From contig NC_013771.1 in the NCBI RefSeq assembly GCF_000025125.1, forward strand, positions 600,001 to 632,000: 32,000 nucleotides of DNA, written 5' to 3'. This document shows, piece by piece, positions 1 through 11,072 of the stretch (the stretch's first letter is position 1; the number at the start of each line of letters is the position of its first letter). The position numbers and the translations under genes are program-made. Under the pieces are notes generated by a model. It was not told the origin of the DNA, made no database searches, and saw only the letters and a list, made by a program, of their open reading frames with translations. Origin of the DNA: Candidatus Atelocyanobacterium thalassa isolate ALOHA. Lineage in GTDB: Bacteria > Cyanobacteriota > Cyanobacteriia > Cyanobacteriales > Microcystaceae.

Positions 1-275
1 AAAGACTATAATATGAATTATGGGTAAAAAAATAAATTTACTTTTTAGACTTAATAATAACTTTGAGTCAATAGGTAAATAAAGTTGTTAGATACATATT
101 TGTAGTGATAGTTATAAATATGGTGTCATCTCAGTGTGTGTATTTAAATTCACAGACATGATGCAGTTCATTGTATTATTAAGATTAAGTCATTCGGTAC
201 TTATACATTGTGAAATCTATCTCCAACTATTGCAATGGAGTAAAGGTTATTTAACCTCTGTAAACACGTAAATAA

Positions 276-1181
<906 letters not shown>

Positions 1182-1210
1182 ATCTTAAATATACTTTTCA
1201 AGTATCTAAT

Positions 1211-1248
1211 AAGGGGGTCAATTCTGTTGTCCTCCTTTTTTAGTTTTT
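1211..1248 (+). terminator. Putative Rho-independent terminator downstream of petH
   Basis: aaggggg (1211-1217) pairs with cctcctt (1231-1237) as 7 bp including one G.U. It is followed by tttttagttttt and lies 30 nt after the petH stop. Confidence 0.5.
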
Positions 1249-1337
1249 AAAATAAGCTTTATTAAGTAGAAAATATATTTTTGGTTAACTAATAGCTAAT
1301 TGTTATCCATAATGTTTCAGAAAATTGTCTAAACATA

Positions 1338-2375
1338 TCACGAAGCTACTTGCTCAAGCAATTTTTTATGTAACATAGCACGTTCTTTTAAGCTTTGTAT
1401 TGAACTGTTAAGTGGTTTTGCACTAGTAAAATAACACTTTAACCATGCATCTTTTATCATGTCTGAGTCATCTGGTAGTTGATCAAGCTCCCAGCCGGGG
1501 ATATTTATTTCTTCCATTAAATATTTAACCTTTGGATCATAACTTAAAGCAAAGCATCGGGATCTTTCTGAAGCAGCCATGATTAAACAATGTAATCGCA
1601 TCCCTATAGTCATATTAGTATTTTTAAATAATCCTTTCATTCTTTGTGGATCATCTATTTGAATAATTTCATGAGATTTTGATAATTTTTTAGAGATATG
1701 ATGTGCAATTGTAAAATCTTGAGAAGCTTGAAATGGAACTAATAAAATATATGTATTAGTAATTTTCTGGAAATCTACTAATGCATTGGTTAACGTTTTT
1801 AACTTCTTAATTGTTAATGATGGATGGTTGCGTAAGTTAATAGCAACTATTGGTTGTGAGGTTTGTATAAAGTCTGATATGTCTTTAGATCGTAGTGCCC
1901 AAACTGGATCAGGAGCAATAGAATGATGAATGTCCCATTCCGATAGTAGTTTGGCAGATTTACGGTCTCTAACAGAGATTGCAGTACACTTGGCCAAAGT
2001 TTTCTTGGTTATCCAGCGTGTAAATTTATAATGCAAAGGACCTATTCCCTGCCCCCAAGCTATAGTTTTCAATCCTTTCATTTGTGCTAGTTTCATTAAC
2101 CCCAAATAGTATATAGGACTAGCTAAACTTGTAGTATCCTGTATTAAACTTCCTCCACCCCAAATAAAAATATCAGATTCTTTTAAAGCTGCTAAAAGTG
2201 AAAAAACATTTAGGCGGGGACAAGTTTTAACATTATATTTTTGTTGAGTTTTTTGGGGATCAGCAGAAATAACAATTGGCTCAATTTTCGAAGGCAGCAT
2301 TTGCAACAAAGACATTAGTAATGCTTCATCTCCAGCATTTCCTTGTCCATAGTAGCCACTGATTAATGCTTTCAT
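1338..2375 (-). CDS. csaB: Polysaccharide pyruvyl transferase (CsaB family)
   Basis: 345-aa ORF. The N-terminus MKALISGYYGQGNAGDEALL and the internal IWGGGSLIQD are typical of the pyruvyl-transferase/CsaB family. It is co-oriented with the following O-antigen-ligase-like gene. Confidence 0.75.
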   Translation of the reverse strand: MKALISGYYGQGNAGDEALLMSLLQMLPSKIEPIVISADPQKTQQKYNVKTCPRLNVFSLLAALKESDIFIWGGGSLIQDTTSLASPIYYLGLMKLAQMKGLKTIAWGQGIGPLHYKFTRWITKKTLAKCTAISVRDRKSAKLLSEWDIHHSIAPDPVWALRSKDISDFIQTSQPIVAINLRNHPSLTIKKLKTLTNALVDFQKITNTYILLVPFQASQDFTIAHHISKKLSKSHEIIQIDDPQRMKGLFKNTNMTIGMRLHCLIMAASERSRCFALSYDPKVKYLMEEINIPGWELDQLPDDSDMIKDAWLKCYFTSAKPLNSSIQSLKERAMLHKKLLEQVAS

Positions 2376-2494
2376 TCTTTACCCTTCTTTAAATATAAAT
2401 ATTGTCTTATATTAGTTAATCACATTTATGTTTTACTTGTTTTATTGATTTTATAATTTGATATCAAATATATTTATTTAGATAAATTTTTATT

Positions 2495-3835
2495 TTAATA
2501 CAAATTATTATCATCATAATCTTGCTTAATAGGACTTTGATTATGATATACAACTCCTATAATTGATGATAATAAAAGCCATCCAATTACATTAATTTTA
2601 AAATCAAAAATGCTCACATCAAATAAATTGAAAATAGTACATAAAATAAAGGCATTTACATAAGTAAATAAAAGTAATTTCTTATTTCTTTTGTCAATAC
2701 TTTTCTCAAAAGATTTGTGGCTACTACAAGCTTGCTTTACTTGAAATAAACTTATAGTTGCTTTTCCTAAAATAGTACCTACAATAATACTTAACAGGGA
2801 AGTTCCCAGGATTCCGATCTCTGCTAATAGCATTAAGAATAAGTTATGAGGATGCCCCATCCAAACGTTCATTTTTTGCTGGTATATGGGCGTAAAATTA
2901 CGAAGTCCCCATCCCCAAAAAGGGCGCTTGAGCATCATTTCCCATGCGACACTCCACTGCGTTGTTCTTAAAGCAGTTATATGTCGATCATCATACAATT
3001 CGTCTGTCAACCTAGCCCAGAAATAATCAGGAATAATTTCACGTACTATATGCTGATAAAAAGGAAACCATGCTGCCCATGCAATAAGAAAAATTAGCAG
3101 TATTACACAAATAAGAATCCAGTACAATTCTAAATATGCTACAAAAGAAATTAAGCTTAATAAAGCAAGACCCCATGCACTACGAGAATGGGTTAATATT
3201 AATCCCAAACCATTAGCAAAAACAGCGATTAAAAGAATTGACAATTGAAAACTATTTTGGTAGCCGTTAAAATTTTTTCTGTTTTGATAATGATAAATCC
3301 ATAAACCTAATGATAATGTGAAAGTAGTTACCAAATAAAAAGCTAAAGTATTAGCATACATAAAGAAAGATGATACTCTTCCTTCAGGACGTCCATATGC
3401 GATTAATTGAATACCTACTTTATTAAGGAATAGCGGGGTTTCCCAGCCATAAAACAATTGCATGAAACCAAAAAAGCAGAGTGGAAGAGAAACTAAAACT
3501 AGCCACCAAGCAAGCTTATACAATCTATTATAGTTATTTAATAAGAATGGAAAAGACATAACCATTAGAATAGAGGGAATAAAATTAGCTAATCCTCCAA
3601 AACTTAAAATTGGATAAATTGCTAATATGGAAACAATAACCAACAAGACAAAAAGCAGACCAAAACTCTGATTAAGAGGATCATTAATTATACTTTTATA
3701 TTTTTTCTTCCAGAGATTTAATATTACTAAGGTTATAAATATGGCTCCTAAATCTGTAGAAATAGGTAAAAAAATTATTCCAGCTTTCAGTAAATATTCA
3801 TCTAATAAAAAATTAGGATTATTTGATTGTTCCAT
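2495..3835 (-). CDS. O-antigen ligase/polymerase-like (Wzy_C-type, IctB-like) polytopic membrane protein
   Basis: 446-aa, very hydrophobic ORF with more than 10 predicted TM stretches. The central LTHSRSAWGLALLSL segment resembles the O-antigen ligase domain core. Confidence 0.65.
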   Translation of the reverse strand: MEQSNNPNFLLDEYLLKAGIIFLPISTDLGAIFITLVILNLWKKKYKSIINDPLNQSFGLLFVLLVIVSILAIYPILSFGGLANFIPSILMVMSFPFLLNNYNRLYKLAWWLVLVSLPLCFFGFMQLFYGWETPLFLNKVGIQLIAYGRPEGRVSSFFMYANTLAFYLVTTFTLSLGLWIYHYQNRKNFNGYQNSFQLSILLIAVFANGLGLILTHSRSAWGLALLSLISFVAYLELYWILICVILLIFLIAWAAWFPFYQHIVREIIPDYFWARLTDELYDDRHITALRTTQWSVAWEMMLKRPFWGWGLRNFTPIYQQKMNVWMGHPHNLFLMLLAEIGILGTSLLSIIVGTILGKATISLFQVKQACSSHKSFEKSIDKRNKKLLLFTYVNAFILCTIFNLFDVSIFDFKINVIGWLLLSSIIGVVYHNQSPIKQDYDDNNLY

Positions 3836-4415
3836 TTCAAGTGAAATTATCCGTAGTACATTTATCTTTTAATATTCTGATATGTAAATTTTCCTATGAC
3901 AATTTTAGTGACATAATCAGTAATACTACTTCCGTTACTATAATAGCTTTTTAAGAAACTTTGCTAAGTGTATAGTAAGGAAGAAACTTTTGAAGAATAC
4001 ATTTAATAGAAAAACATTGTAATACAAAAATAATCTTAATAAGATCATTACTCATAAATAAAAATATCTTTTATTAGATGAAGTTTTGCCAATATCTCAT
4101 TGCATCAAGATACTTTATATTCTGATATTGAAGCGTTTTCGGTCCTTAGTTTTATCTTTTCCCTATAAATAAAAAATGTTTAAGTATTTATGAGAAATGC
4201 TAAAGTAGCCTAATTTTAAGGGGAAAATAAAAATGAATTAAAGCTTTTCCTTAAATAAAATTATTATTCTTTCTGTACGTAACTTACATAACTGTTCAGC
4301 CATAAGATATGGAGTTTTGTTTATACTTGTTATTAAGATAACTAGTCATATATACCCTATTCAGATTAAACTAAATTTTATAAAGCAATATTATTATTTA
4401 TCGTTAATTATAACT

Positions 4416-5138
4416 GTGAGAAAAAAAATCATTGCAGGTAATTGGAAAATGCATAAAACTCAGGCAGAAGCCCTAGAGTTTTTATCAGTATTAAAACTTA
4501 ATTTAGCAAACACAACAGAGAAAGCAGATATTGTTCTTTGTGTCCCATTTACTTTGTTAAGTCTTTTGTCGAAAAGTTTACATGGAGGAAATATTCACTT
4601 AGGTGCACAAAATATACATTGGGCTAATGAGGGAGCTTTTACAGGCGAGATTTCTGGTTCAATGTTAGTAGATCTAAATGCAAACTATGTAATAGTCGGT
4701 CATAGTGAACGTCGTCAATATTTTGGAGAAACAGATAAAATCGTTAATGAAAAAGTTATAGCAGCTCAGTATCATAAAATAAAACCGATTCTCTGTGTTG
4801 GAGAAACTAAAAAGCAGAGAGATGCAGGGGAGGTAGAAAAAGTTATTGTTAAACAGTTAGAACAAAGTTTAGTTAATGTAGATCAAGGAAATTTAGTTAT
4901 TGCCTATGAACCCATATGGGCTATCGGTACAGGAGAAACTTGTAATGTTTTGGAAGCTAATCGCATAATTGGCATCATACGTGAACAAGTAACAAATAAA
5001 GGTATTACCATTCAATATGGTGGCTCTGTTACGCCTAAAAATATTAGCGAAATAATGACTCAACCTAATATCGATGGAGTTCTGGTGGGAGGAGCAAGTC
5101 TAAATCCTCTTAGCTTTTCTGAAATTATAAATTATTAA
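4416..5138 (+). CDS. tpiA: Triosephosphate isomerase
   Basis: Motifs [27 protein letters not shown] and GGASL are present. The ORF-track start (4317) adds 33 non-conserved residues. The in-frame GTG at 4416 gives the canonical N-terminus (V)[12 protein letters not shown]. Confidence 0.9.
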   Translation: MRKKIIAGNWKMHKTQAEALEFLSVLKLNLANTTEKADIVLCVPFTLLSLLSKSLHGGNIHLGAQNIHWANEGAFTGEISGSMLVDLNANYVIVGHSERRQYFGETDKIVNEKVIAAQYHKIKPILCVGETKKQRDAGEVEKVIVKQLEQSLVNVDQGNLVIAYEPIWAIGTGETCNVLEANRIIGIIREQVTNKGITIQYGGSVTPKNISEIMTQPNIDGVLVGGASLNPLSFSEIINY

Positions 5139-5198
5139 AACAAATAAGTGAAAACTATTATTATTGAAAAGCTGTTTCGTATTTAATAAGTTAAGATT

Positions 5199-6041
5199 AT
5201 GCAATATTTGACCATTCGAAACCGTATTTTTGAATGGGGGAAAAGTACTTACTTAATGGGAATACTTAATATTACCCCTGATAGTTTTAGTGATGGTGGT
5301 GAATTCCTAAAGATAGAAACAGCTTTACATCATGCAAAAAGAATGATAGACGAAGGTGTTGATATTATTGATATTGGAGGACAATCAACTCGCCCAGGAG
5401 CTCTTGCTATTACTACACAAGAAGAGCTATTAAGAGTGATTCCAATTATTAGAGAATTAAGAAAAGAGAGTTCAATACCTATCTCCATTGATACAACTAA
5501 TTCAAAAGTTGTATTAGAAGCTGTCAAAGCAGGAGCTGATCTTGTTAATGACATCTCAGGAGGAAGCTTTGACAACAAAATGTTTTGTACTGTATCTAAC
5601 CTTAAAATACCTATGGTTATTATGCATACAAGAGGTATTCCTACAACAATGCAAACCAATTTAGATTACAGCAATCTCGTTCAAGACATTATAGAGTGGT
5701 TAAATGAAAGGATTGCAAAAGCTATTAAAGCAGGAATTCAGAAAAACTATTTGATAATAGATCCAGGTATTGGCTTTGCAAAAAGCTCTGAACAAAATAT
5801 AGAGTTACTACAACAGTTATCTAGCTTTCATGCTTTAGAAGCTCCTATACTATTAGGTGTCTCTAGGAAGAAGTTTATTGGGGAAATTCTTGAAGAAGAT
5901 AATCCTAAAAAAAGAATTTTTGGTACTGCAGCTGCTTGCTGTAGTGCAATAGTAAATGGTGTCGATATTCTTCGCATACATGATGTTGCACAAATGAAAA
6001 ATCTAGCAAAAATTGCTGATATTATTTGGAGACAACAATGA
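5199..6041 (+). CDS. folP: Dihydropteroate synthase
   Basis: Pterin-binding DHPS motifs GILNITPDSFSDGG, DIGGQSTRPG, VNDISGG, DPGIGFAK and GVSRKKFIG. Confidence 0.9.
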   Translation: MQYLTIRNRIFEWGKSTYLMGILNITPDSFSDGGEFLKIETALHHAKRMIDEGVDIIDIGGQSTRPGALAITTQEELLRVIPIIRELRKESSIPISIDTTNSKVVLEAVKAGADLVNDISGGSFDNKMFCTVSNLKIPMVIMHTRGIPTTMQTNLDYSNLVQDIIEWLNERIAKAIKAGIQKNYLIIDPGIGFAKSSEQNIELLQQLSSFHALEAPILLGVSRKKFIGEILEEDNPKKRIFGTAAACCSAIVNGVDILRIHDVAQMKNLAKIADIIWRQQ

Positions 6042-6332
6042 TTTCCTTATAGTAGAAAATTAGCTACGAAAATTTATTAATTAAAATTCTAGAAACATTC
6101 TTTAATCTTTGGTGAATTCATATACAATATTATTGATACTTTAAAAAAATCTTGTTTAAATACGTAAGATAGCAAAGCCTTTTAAAGGATGAAATTTTTT
6201 GTACATGATGTCTAAATACTTTACCGTAATTCAAAATTCGTTATTGTAATAGCAAAATATGATTACGATAAATTTTTATTTTAGTCGCTTTCGGATAAAT
6301 GTCTATACAGTTCAAAGGTTAATAAAAAATAA

Positions 6333-7292
6333 ATGTCTATCGTAAGGCTAGATAATTCTGATTTTCTTCAATCTATTAACTTCTCTCCTTTGCCTTTGTC
6401 TCGACCTCTTTTAATGGTTGGTCATGGTACTAGAGATACAAAAGGTCAAAAAAACTTTCTTGAATTGGCTTCTGTTTATCAAGCTTTAGACTATTCTCGT
6501 CCCATAATCCCATGCTTCCTTGAATTAACAGAGCCAGATATTAGTCAAAGTATAGAATTATGCATATCACAGGGTTATACAAACATTTCGGTTTTGCCGA
6601 TTTTATTGTTTGCAGCTCGGCATAATAAATTTGATATTACAAATGAACTTGATAGAGCTAAATTAAAATATCCTCAATTGAATTTCTTTTATGGAAGACA
6701 TCTTGGTATTGCGCCAAATCTTCTAAAACTATGGGTGGATCGGTTGGCTACCTTAGAAAGTGACAAAGCGAATCCTAATAAAATAAAGCGTTCTGAAACA
6801 ATACTATTGTTTGTTGGTAGAGGATCTAGTGATCCAGATGCTAATGGAGATGCTTATAAATTTGCTCGAATGTTATGGGAAGGAAGTGGTTATCAAGCAT
6901 TAGAAGTAGCCTTTGTTGGTATTACTTATCCACGCCTTCAAGAAGGTTTTGAGAAAGTATATTCTTACAAACCAAAACGCATTATTGTTTTACCTCATTT
7001 TATATTTACTGGGGCACTAATTAAAAAAATCTTTCAAATTACAATCGAACAACAAAGATCATCTAGTGATGTTGAAGTTGTTTGTCTTCCAGAAATTGGT
7101 ATACATAATCAACTACTAAAAATATTGAGAGAAAGGGAATTAGAAATTCAAAAGGATCAAGTTAACATGAACTGCGAAATGTGTAAATTTCGCCTTAGTG
7201 TTCAAAAAGAAGACATATATTCTAATAGTTTAGATCCTGAATATTATACAAATACAGAAAGCTATCATCAACACATCTGGAAAACTTACTAG
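6333..7292 (+). CDS. cbiX: Sirohydrochlorin chelatase, CbiX-type (long form)
   Basis: Two tandem CbiX-like halves (LMVGHGTRD... and [16 protein letters not shown]...) with a Cys-containing C-terminal tail (NCEMCKF). Confidence 0.75.
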   Translation: MSIVRLDNSDFLQSINFSPLPLSRPLLMVGHGTRDTKGQKNFLELASVYQALDYSRPIIPCFLELTEPDISQSIELCISQGYTNISVLPILLFAARHNKFDITNELDRAKLKYPQLNFFYGRHLGIAPNLLKLWVDRLATLESDKANPNKIKRSETILLFVGRGSSDPDANGDAYKFARMLWEGSGYQALEVAFVGITYPRLQEGFEKVYSYKPKRIIVLPHFIFTGALIKKIFQITIEQQRSSSDVEVVCLPEIGIHNQLLKILRERELEIQKDQVNMNCEMCKFRLSVQKEDIYSNSLDPEYYTNTESYHQHIWKTY

Positions 7293-7403
7293 TCTTAATC
7301 TTTTAAATTTAATCTAATATCAGTCACTAAAGTTGGTAAAAGTAAAGCTAGAAATATAGAATGATATTTATCATACAAGTCAATTACATATATTACTTTA
7401 TTT

Positions 7404-7625
7404 ATGGATAAGCCAAAGCTCACTATTGGTAGCAAAGTTTTTCTTAGACATCGTCCTCCTTACCTTAAAACTGCTGATCCCATGCCAATGCTACGACCTG
7501 CTGATATTTTAGAGGTTGGAGATCAGGGGGTGATTATAGATATTCGTCCTGGGGGGTACTGGGGCGTTAGATTTACTCAAGGAGCATTTTTAATGGAAGA
7601 TCAATACATTGCTGCTTTAAAATAA
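7404..7625 (+). CDS. Small conserved cyanobacterial/plastid-lineage protein (resembles the DUF3148 family)
   Basis: 73-aa ORF with the motif PPYLKTADPMPMLRP...RPGGYWGVRF, which I recognise from a conserved uncharacterised cyanobacterial family. The family name is from memory and is not verified. Confidence 0.7.
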   Translation: MDKPKLTIGSKVFLRHRPPYLKTADPMPMLRPADILEVGDQGVIIDIRPGGYWGVRFTQGAFLMEDQYIAALK

Positions 7626-7899
7626 TAATTTAATAATGAAGTTTTTATTATTTTGTTATTAATTTTTAAGTTACACCTTATCCTTTTTAATTAGTTTAAA
7701 GTGCAATACTTCTATAGTGTTTATAACTTTTTTCTTTAAAGCTTGATACCTGATTAAAAAAAGAGTATAGATATTAAGATTTATAACACACAATAAATTC
7801 TATCAGCAAAAAAATTCATATCATGCATACAGCAATAGATATCATTTAAGATGTTATTTGTTAAATTTAACTATTAACTACATAATAAAGATTTATTTT

Positions 7900-9672
7900 A
7901 TGAGATTACAATGTTATTTATTATTTATTGGCATAGGTTTGATTTTTCCTAACCTTGTTTTATCCAAAGAATATCATAATGATAGAGTCTCTATAATAGA
8001 AAATCATTCTACTTTACACAGAAAAGATGTTAAGAAAATATCACTAAGTAAAAGAAAAACTTTTATAAATAAGAACCAAAAAAAATATTTAATCCCTAAT
8101 CCACTCTATCTTGCAACATCTAAAAATAATCAAACCGTTGATAAAAGTTGTACAGATCAACCCCCTAAGCTAGAGCATCCTCTTACTAACTTAGTCAATA
8201 TTGATGAAAATATCGTAGTGTCGTTAATAGATGACTCTTCTAGTTTAGATTTAAAAAAATCGAAGATTAATAAATTAGAATCAACAAGCGATAAAGAAAA
8301 AATTATCATTATTTCTAATGACGAAATAAATCGCTATCCTATTTTAATCAAAGCAGATTTTTTTTATAGATGTGGTGAGACTTTATTAGCAGAAAAATTT
8401 TATAAGGATGCAAAAGATTCTTTTGCTGACGAAAAAGAAATAGATCGCGATAATCTTGCTGAAGCAGTATATGAATCAGAGTATTTATCACCGGGAGGAA
8501 GCGTTTACTGGCGCCTGTATAAAGAGAGCTTAGAAGATAATATTATTTATCAGAGTAAACCTTTAGCATCTTTGCAGTTATTATCTAAGAACCATCCTGA
8601 ATTTATTCCTGGACATCTTAAATTTGCAGAATTCTTAAATGTGAATAATCAACATGAGGAAGCTTTAGATGTATTAAAAAAGGCAATGCATTTATATCCT
8701 AACGAGGCCCCTCTAGTTAAAGCTAAAATCAAGTCAAATGAACAATCAAAAGATTGGTTAGCTGCATCTCTTACAGCTCGTCAGTTTGTCATATTTAATC
8801 AAGAACATTTTTTAAACGAAGAATTTAGATTATCAGCTGACAAAAATTTAGCTCGTTATCAAACTGACTTAAAAAACAAAATGACTTGGAACATGCTGGG
8901 TAATGCTGTCATGAATGGTATCGGAGTAGCTTTGATGGGCAATATTCTTGCACCTCTTTCTACCATACAAACAAGTTATCTTCTTTTGCAAGGAGAATCA
9001 ACAATTGGTGAAAGTTATATGGAAGGATTTAAAAACCGCTTTACTTTGGTTGAAGATCAAGAAATCAATCTATATATCAATCAAATTGGTGATAAGCTTG
9101 CAAAAGTTGCCGGGAGAGATGAATTTAAATATGAATTTTTTGTAGTAATGGATAAAAATATCAATGCTTTTGCTTTACCTGGAGGAAAAGTATTTATCAA
9201 TTTAGGAGCGATTGCCAAAACTTCTTCAGAAGCTGAAATTGCTGGTTTGTTAGCTCATGAGTTAGCTCATTCTGTTCTATCACATGGATTTCAGCAGATG
9301 ACCAGAGGAGCCTTGGTCAGCAGTGTTGTAGATTACATACCTTATATTGGAGGATTGGCCAGTAATCTAACAGTATTAGCTCATAGTCGTAGCATGGAAG
9401 AGCAAGCTGACTTATTTGGAACAAGATTATTGGCAGCTACTGGATTTGCTGCAGATGGAGTTCGTAATTTAATGGTAACCATGAACTCCGAACATAAAAA
9501 TAGTCCACCTGCTTGGTTATCAACACATCCTGACCCGAATAGTCGAATAAAATACATTGAAAAAGAGATTATTCATAAAAACTTAAATCGTTTTGCATAT
9601 GAAGGAGTGGAAAAACACCAAAGAATTCGAAAGAAAGTAGTTAAACTTTTACAAAATGACAAAATAAACTAA
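7900..9672 (+). CDS. M48-family zinc metallopeptidase with signal peptide and long N-terminal (TPR-like) region
   Basis: HELAHSVLSHG (HExxH) is preceded by NAFALPGGKVFINLG and followed by EEQADLFG, typical of M48. The ATG at 7900 gives the signal-like N-terminus MRLQCYLLFIGIGLIFPNLVLS. The ORF-track start 7858 is a TTG. Confidence 0.8.
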   Translation: MRLQCYLLFIGIGLIFPNLVLSKEYHNDRVSIIENHSTLHRKDVKKISLSKRKTFINKNQKKYLIPNPLYLATSKNNQTVDKSCTDQPPKLEHPLTNLVNIDENIVVSLIDDSSSLDLKKSKINKLESTSDKEKIIIISNDEINRYPILIKADFFYRCGETLLAEKFYKDAKDSFADEKEIDRDNLAEAVYESEYLSPGGSVYWRLYKESLEDNIIYQSKPLASLQLLSKNHPEFIPGHLKFAEFLNVNNQHEEALDVLKKAMHLYPNEAPLVKAKIKSNEQSKDWLAASLTARQFVIFNQEHFLNEEFRLSADKNLARYQTDLKNKMTWNMLGNAVMNGIGVALMGNILAPLSTIQTSYLLLQGESTIGESYMEGFKNRFTLVEDQEINLYINQIGDKLAKVAGRDEFKYEFFVVMDKNINAFALPGGKVFINLGAIAKTSSEAEIAGLLAHELAHSVLSHGFQQMTRGALVSSVVDYIPYIGGLASNLTVLAHSRSMEEQADLFGTRLLAATGFAADGVRNLMVTMNSEHKNSPPAWLSTHPDPNSRIKYIEKEIIHKNLNRFAYEGVEKHQRIRKKVVKLLQNDKIN

Positions 9673-9914
9673 GAAACCTTAAAACCAGATTATTTTTAAT
9701 TATTCATTGCTCTTAGATAAAACTATTTGAAATAATTCAGTAAATATTTTTAAATATTTATAACTTCCATATATAGTTTTTCAATAAATTAGAGTATATA
9801 CAAAGTCGAGTTTTATAAATCTTCAATGACTTTATAATATTTAAAATTATGATTCTAGGGTAACTAGACTAGCTCTACTACTTTTTAAGTATAATCTCCA
9901 TAATAGGAATCATT

Positions 9915-10646
9915 ATGAAAAATCAATTACCAATATTTGCAAAAATTTGGGAACAAGAAATAAATTGGAAGCCAACAGAAAAACATTTAGACCAATGGGA
10001 AGAACTATACCAAGAAATAATATTAATCAACAATCAAGTTAATTTAACCCGTATTGTAAAACCTGAGGAATTTTGGGAGAAACATCTCTGGGATTCTATT
10101 GCAGGAGTTGTTGGATTACCATTTTTTCAATACTCAAGGAAAATGAAAGTTATTGATATTGGTACAGGAGGTGGTTTTCCTGGACTTCCTATTAATATTG
10201 TTTTTCCTATATGGGATTTTACTCTTTTAGATTCTAGGCGAAAGAAAATAGAAGTTGTTAATTTTTTATTAAAAATATTAGAGCTAGAAAACTCTTGGGC
10301 ATTAACTGGTAGGGCAGAAAAGATTGCTCATGATTCAAGGTTTAGAGGAAAATATGACATAGCTCTAATTCGTGCAGTAGGCGAGTCTTCTACTTGTAGT
10401 GAATATATCTTACCATTTTTAAATATAGGAGGAATAGGAGTACTATATCGTGGAAATTGGAGCATACAAGAAGAGCAACTATTAAAAGTTGCTTTAAAAA
10501 GACTAGGAGGTAAGCTAATTTTAGTAAAAGAATCAAAGACTCCTTTAACTAAAAGTGTTCGTCATTTTGTCTATGTACAAAAAACACATTTAACACCTAA
10601 GTGTTTTCCCCGTGATATTGGCGTTCCTAAAAGTAATCCTTTATAG
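9915..10646 (+). CDS. rsmG: 16S rRNA (guanine527-N7)-methyltransferase
   Basis: GidB/RsmG pattern: NLTRI...FWEKHLWDS, SAM-binding VIDIGTGGGFPGLP, and ALIRAV. Confidence 0.88.
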   Translation: MKNQLPIFAKIWEQEINWKPTEKHLDQWEELYQEIILINNQVNLTRIVKPEEFWEKHLWDSIAGVVGLPFFQYSRKMKVIDIGTGGGFPGLPINIVFPIWDFTLLDSRRKKIEVVNFLLKILELENSWALTGRAEKIAHDSRFRGKYDIALIRAVGESSTCSEYILPFLNIGGIGVLYRGNWSIQEEQLLKVALKRLGGKLILVKESKTPLTKSVRHFVYVQKTHLTPKCFPRDIGVPKSNPL

Positions 10647-11072
10647 TTTGCAACTTTATTAACATGGAAATCTTGTAATAAAAATAAATTATAGGTAATT
10701 ATTATCTATAAATAATAACCGAATAGACTACTGTAGTAGTCTATAAAATAGGATATTAATCAACTTATTATTAGATATGAATATTTTTATTCAACAACTG
10801 TCTTTCAATATTGGCAACTTTCCTCATTTTTAGCATGTTTTAATAATATGCTTACTTAATTGTGACTTTGTAAATTGTTATTTCTGCACAATGTTAAATA
10901 TACTAAACAATTTTTAAAAATTATTTGGTATATTTAAGACAATTAATATTGCTATGTATTGAACTAACTTTAATATATGTCATATTAAAATAGTACATTC
11001 TTTTAAGAATTCCAATATCTTAGAATCAAAAAACTTAATTTTTAGTAATTAATAACCTCATTGGCTGATACT

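Noticed and set aside
4317-4415. N-terminal 33-codon extension of tpiA in the ORF track (and analogous extensions 7858-7899 for the M48 peptidase and 22547-22612 for clpP)
   Set aside because: The extensions are non-conserved, AT-rich read-through from upstream alternative start codons. Canonical N-termini begin at the internal GTG/ATG codons given in the feature list.
5330-5659. 109-aa minus-strand ORF
   Set aside because: It is antisense within folP, whose DHPS motifs are unambiguous. No motifs of its own and no RBS.
6295-6340. 12-nt direct repeat ATAAATGTCTAT occurring twice 34 bp apart, the upstream copy opening a 7-codon mini-ORF (MSIQFKG) before cbiX
   Set aside because: Exact 12-mer recurrences are expected many times by chance in 32 kb of this composition. 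There is no further evidence for a leader peptide.
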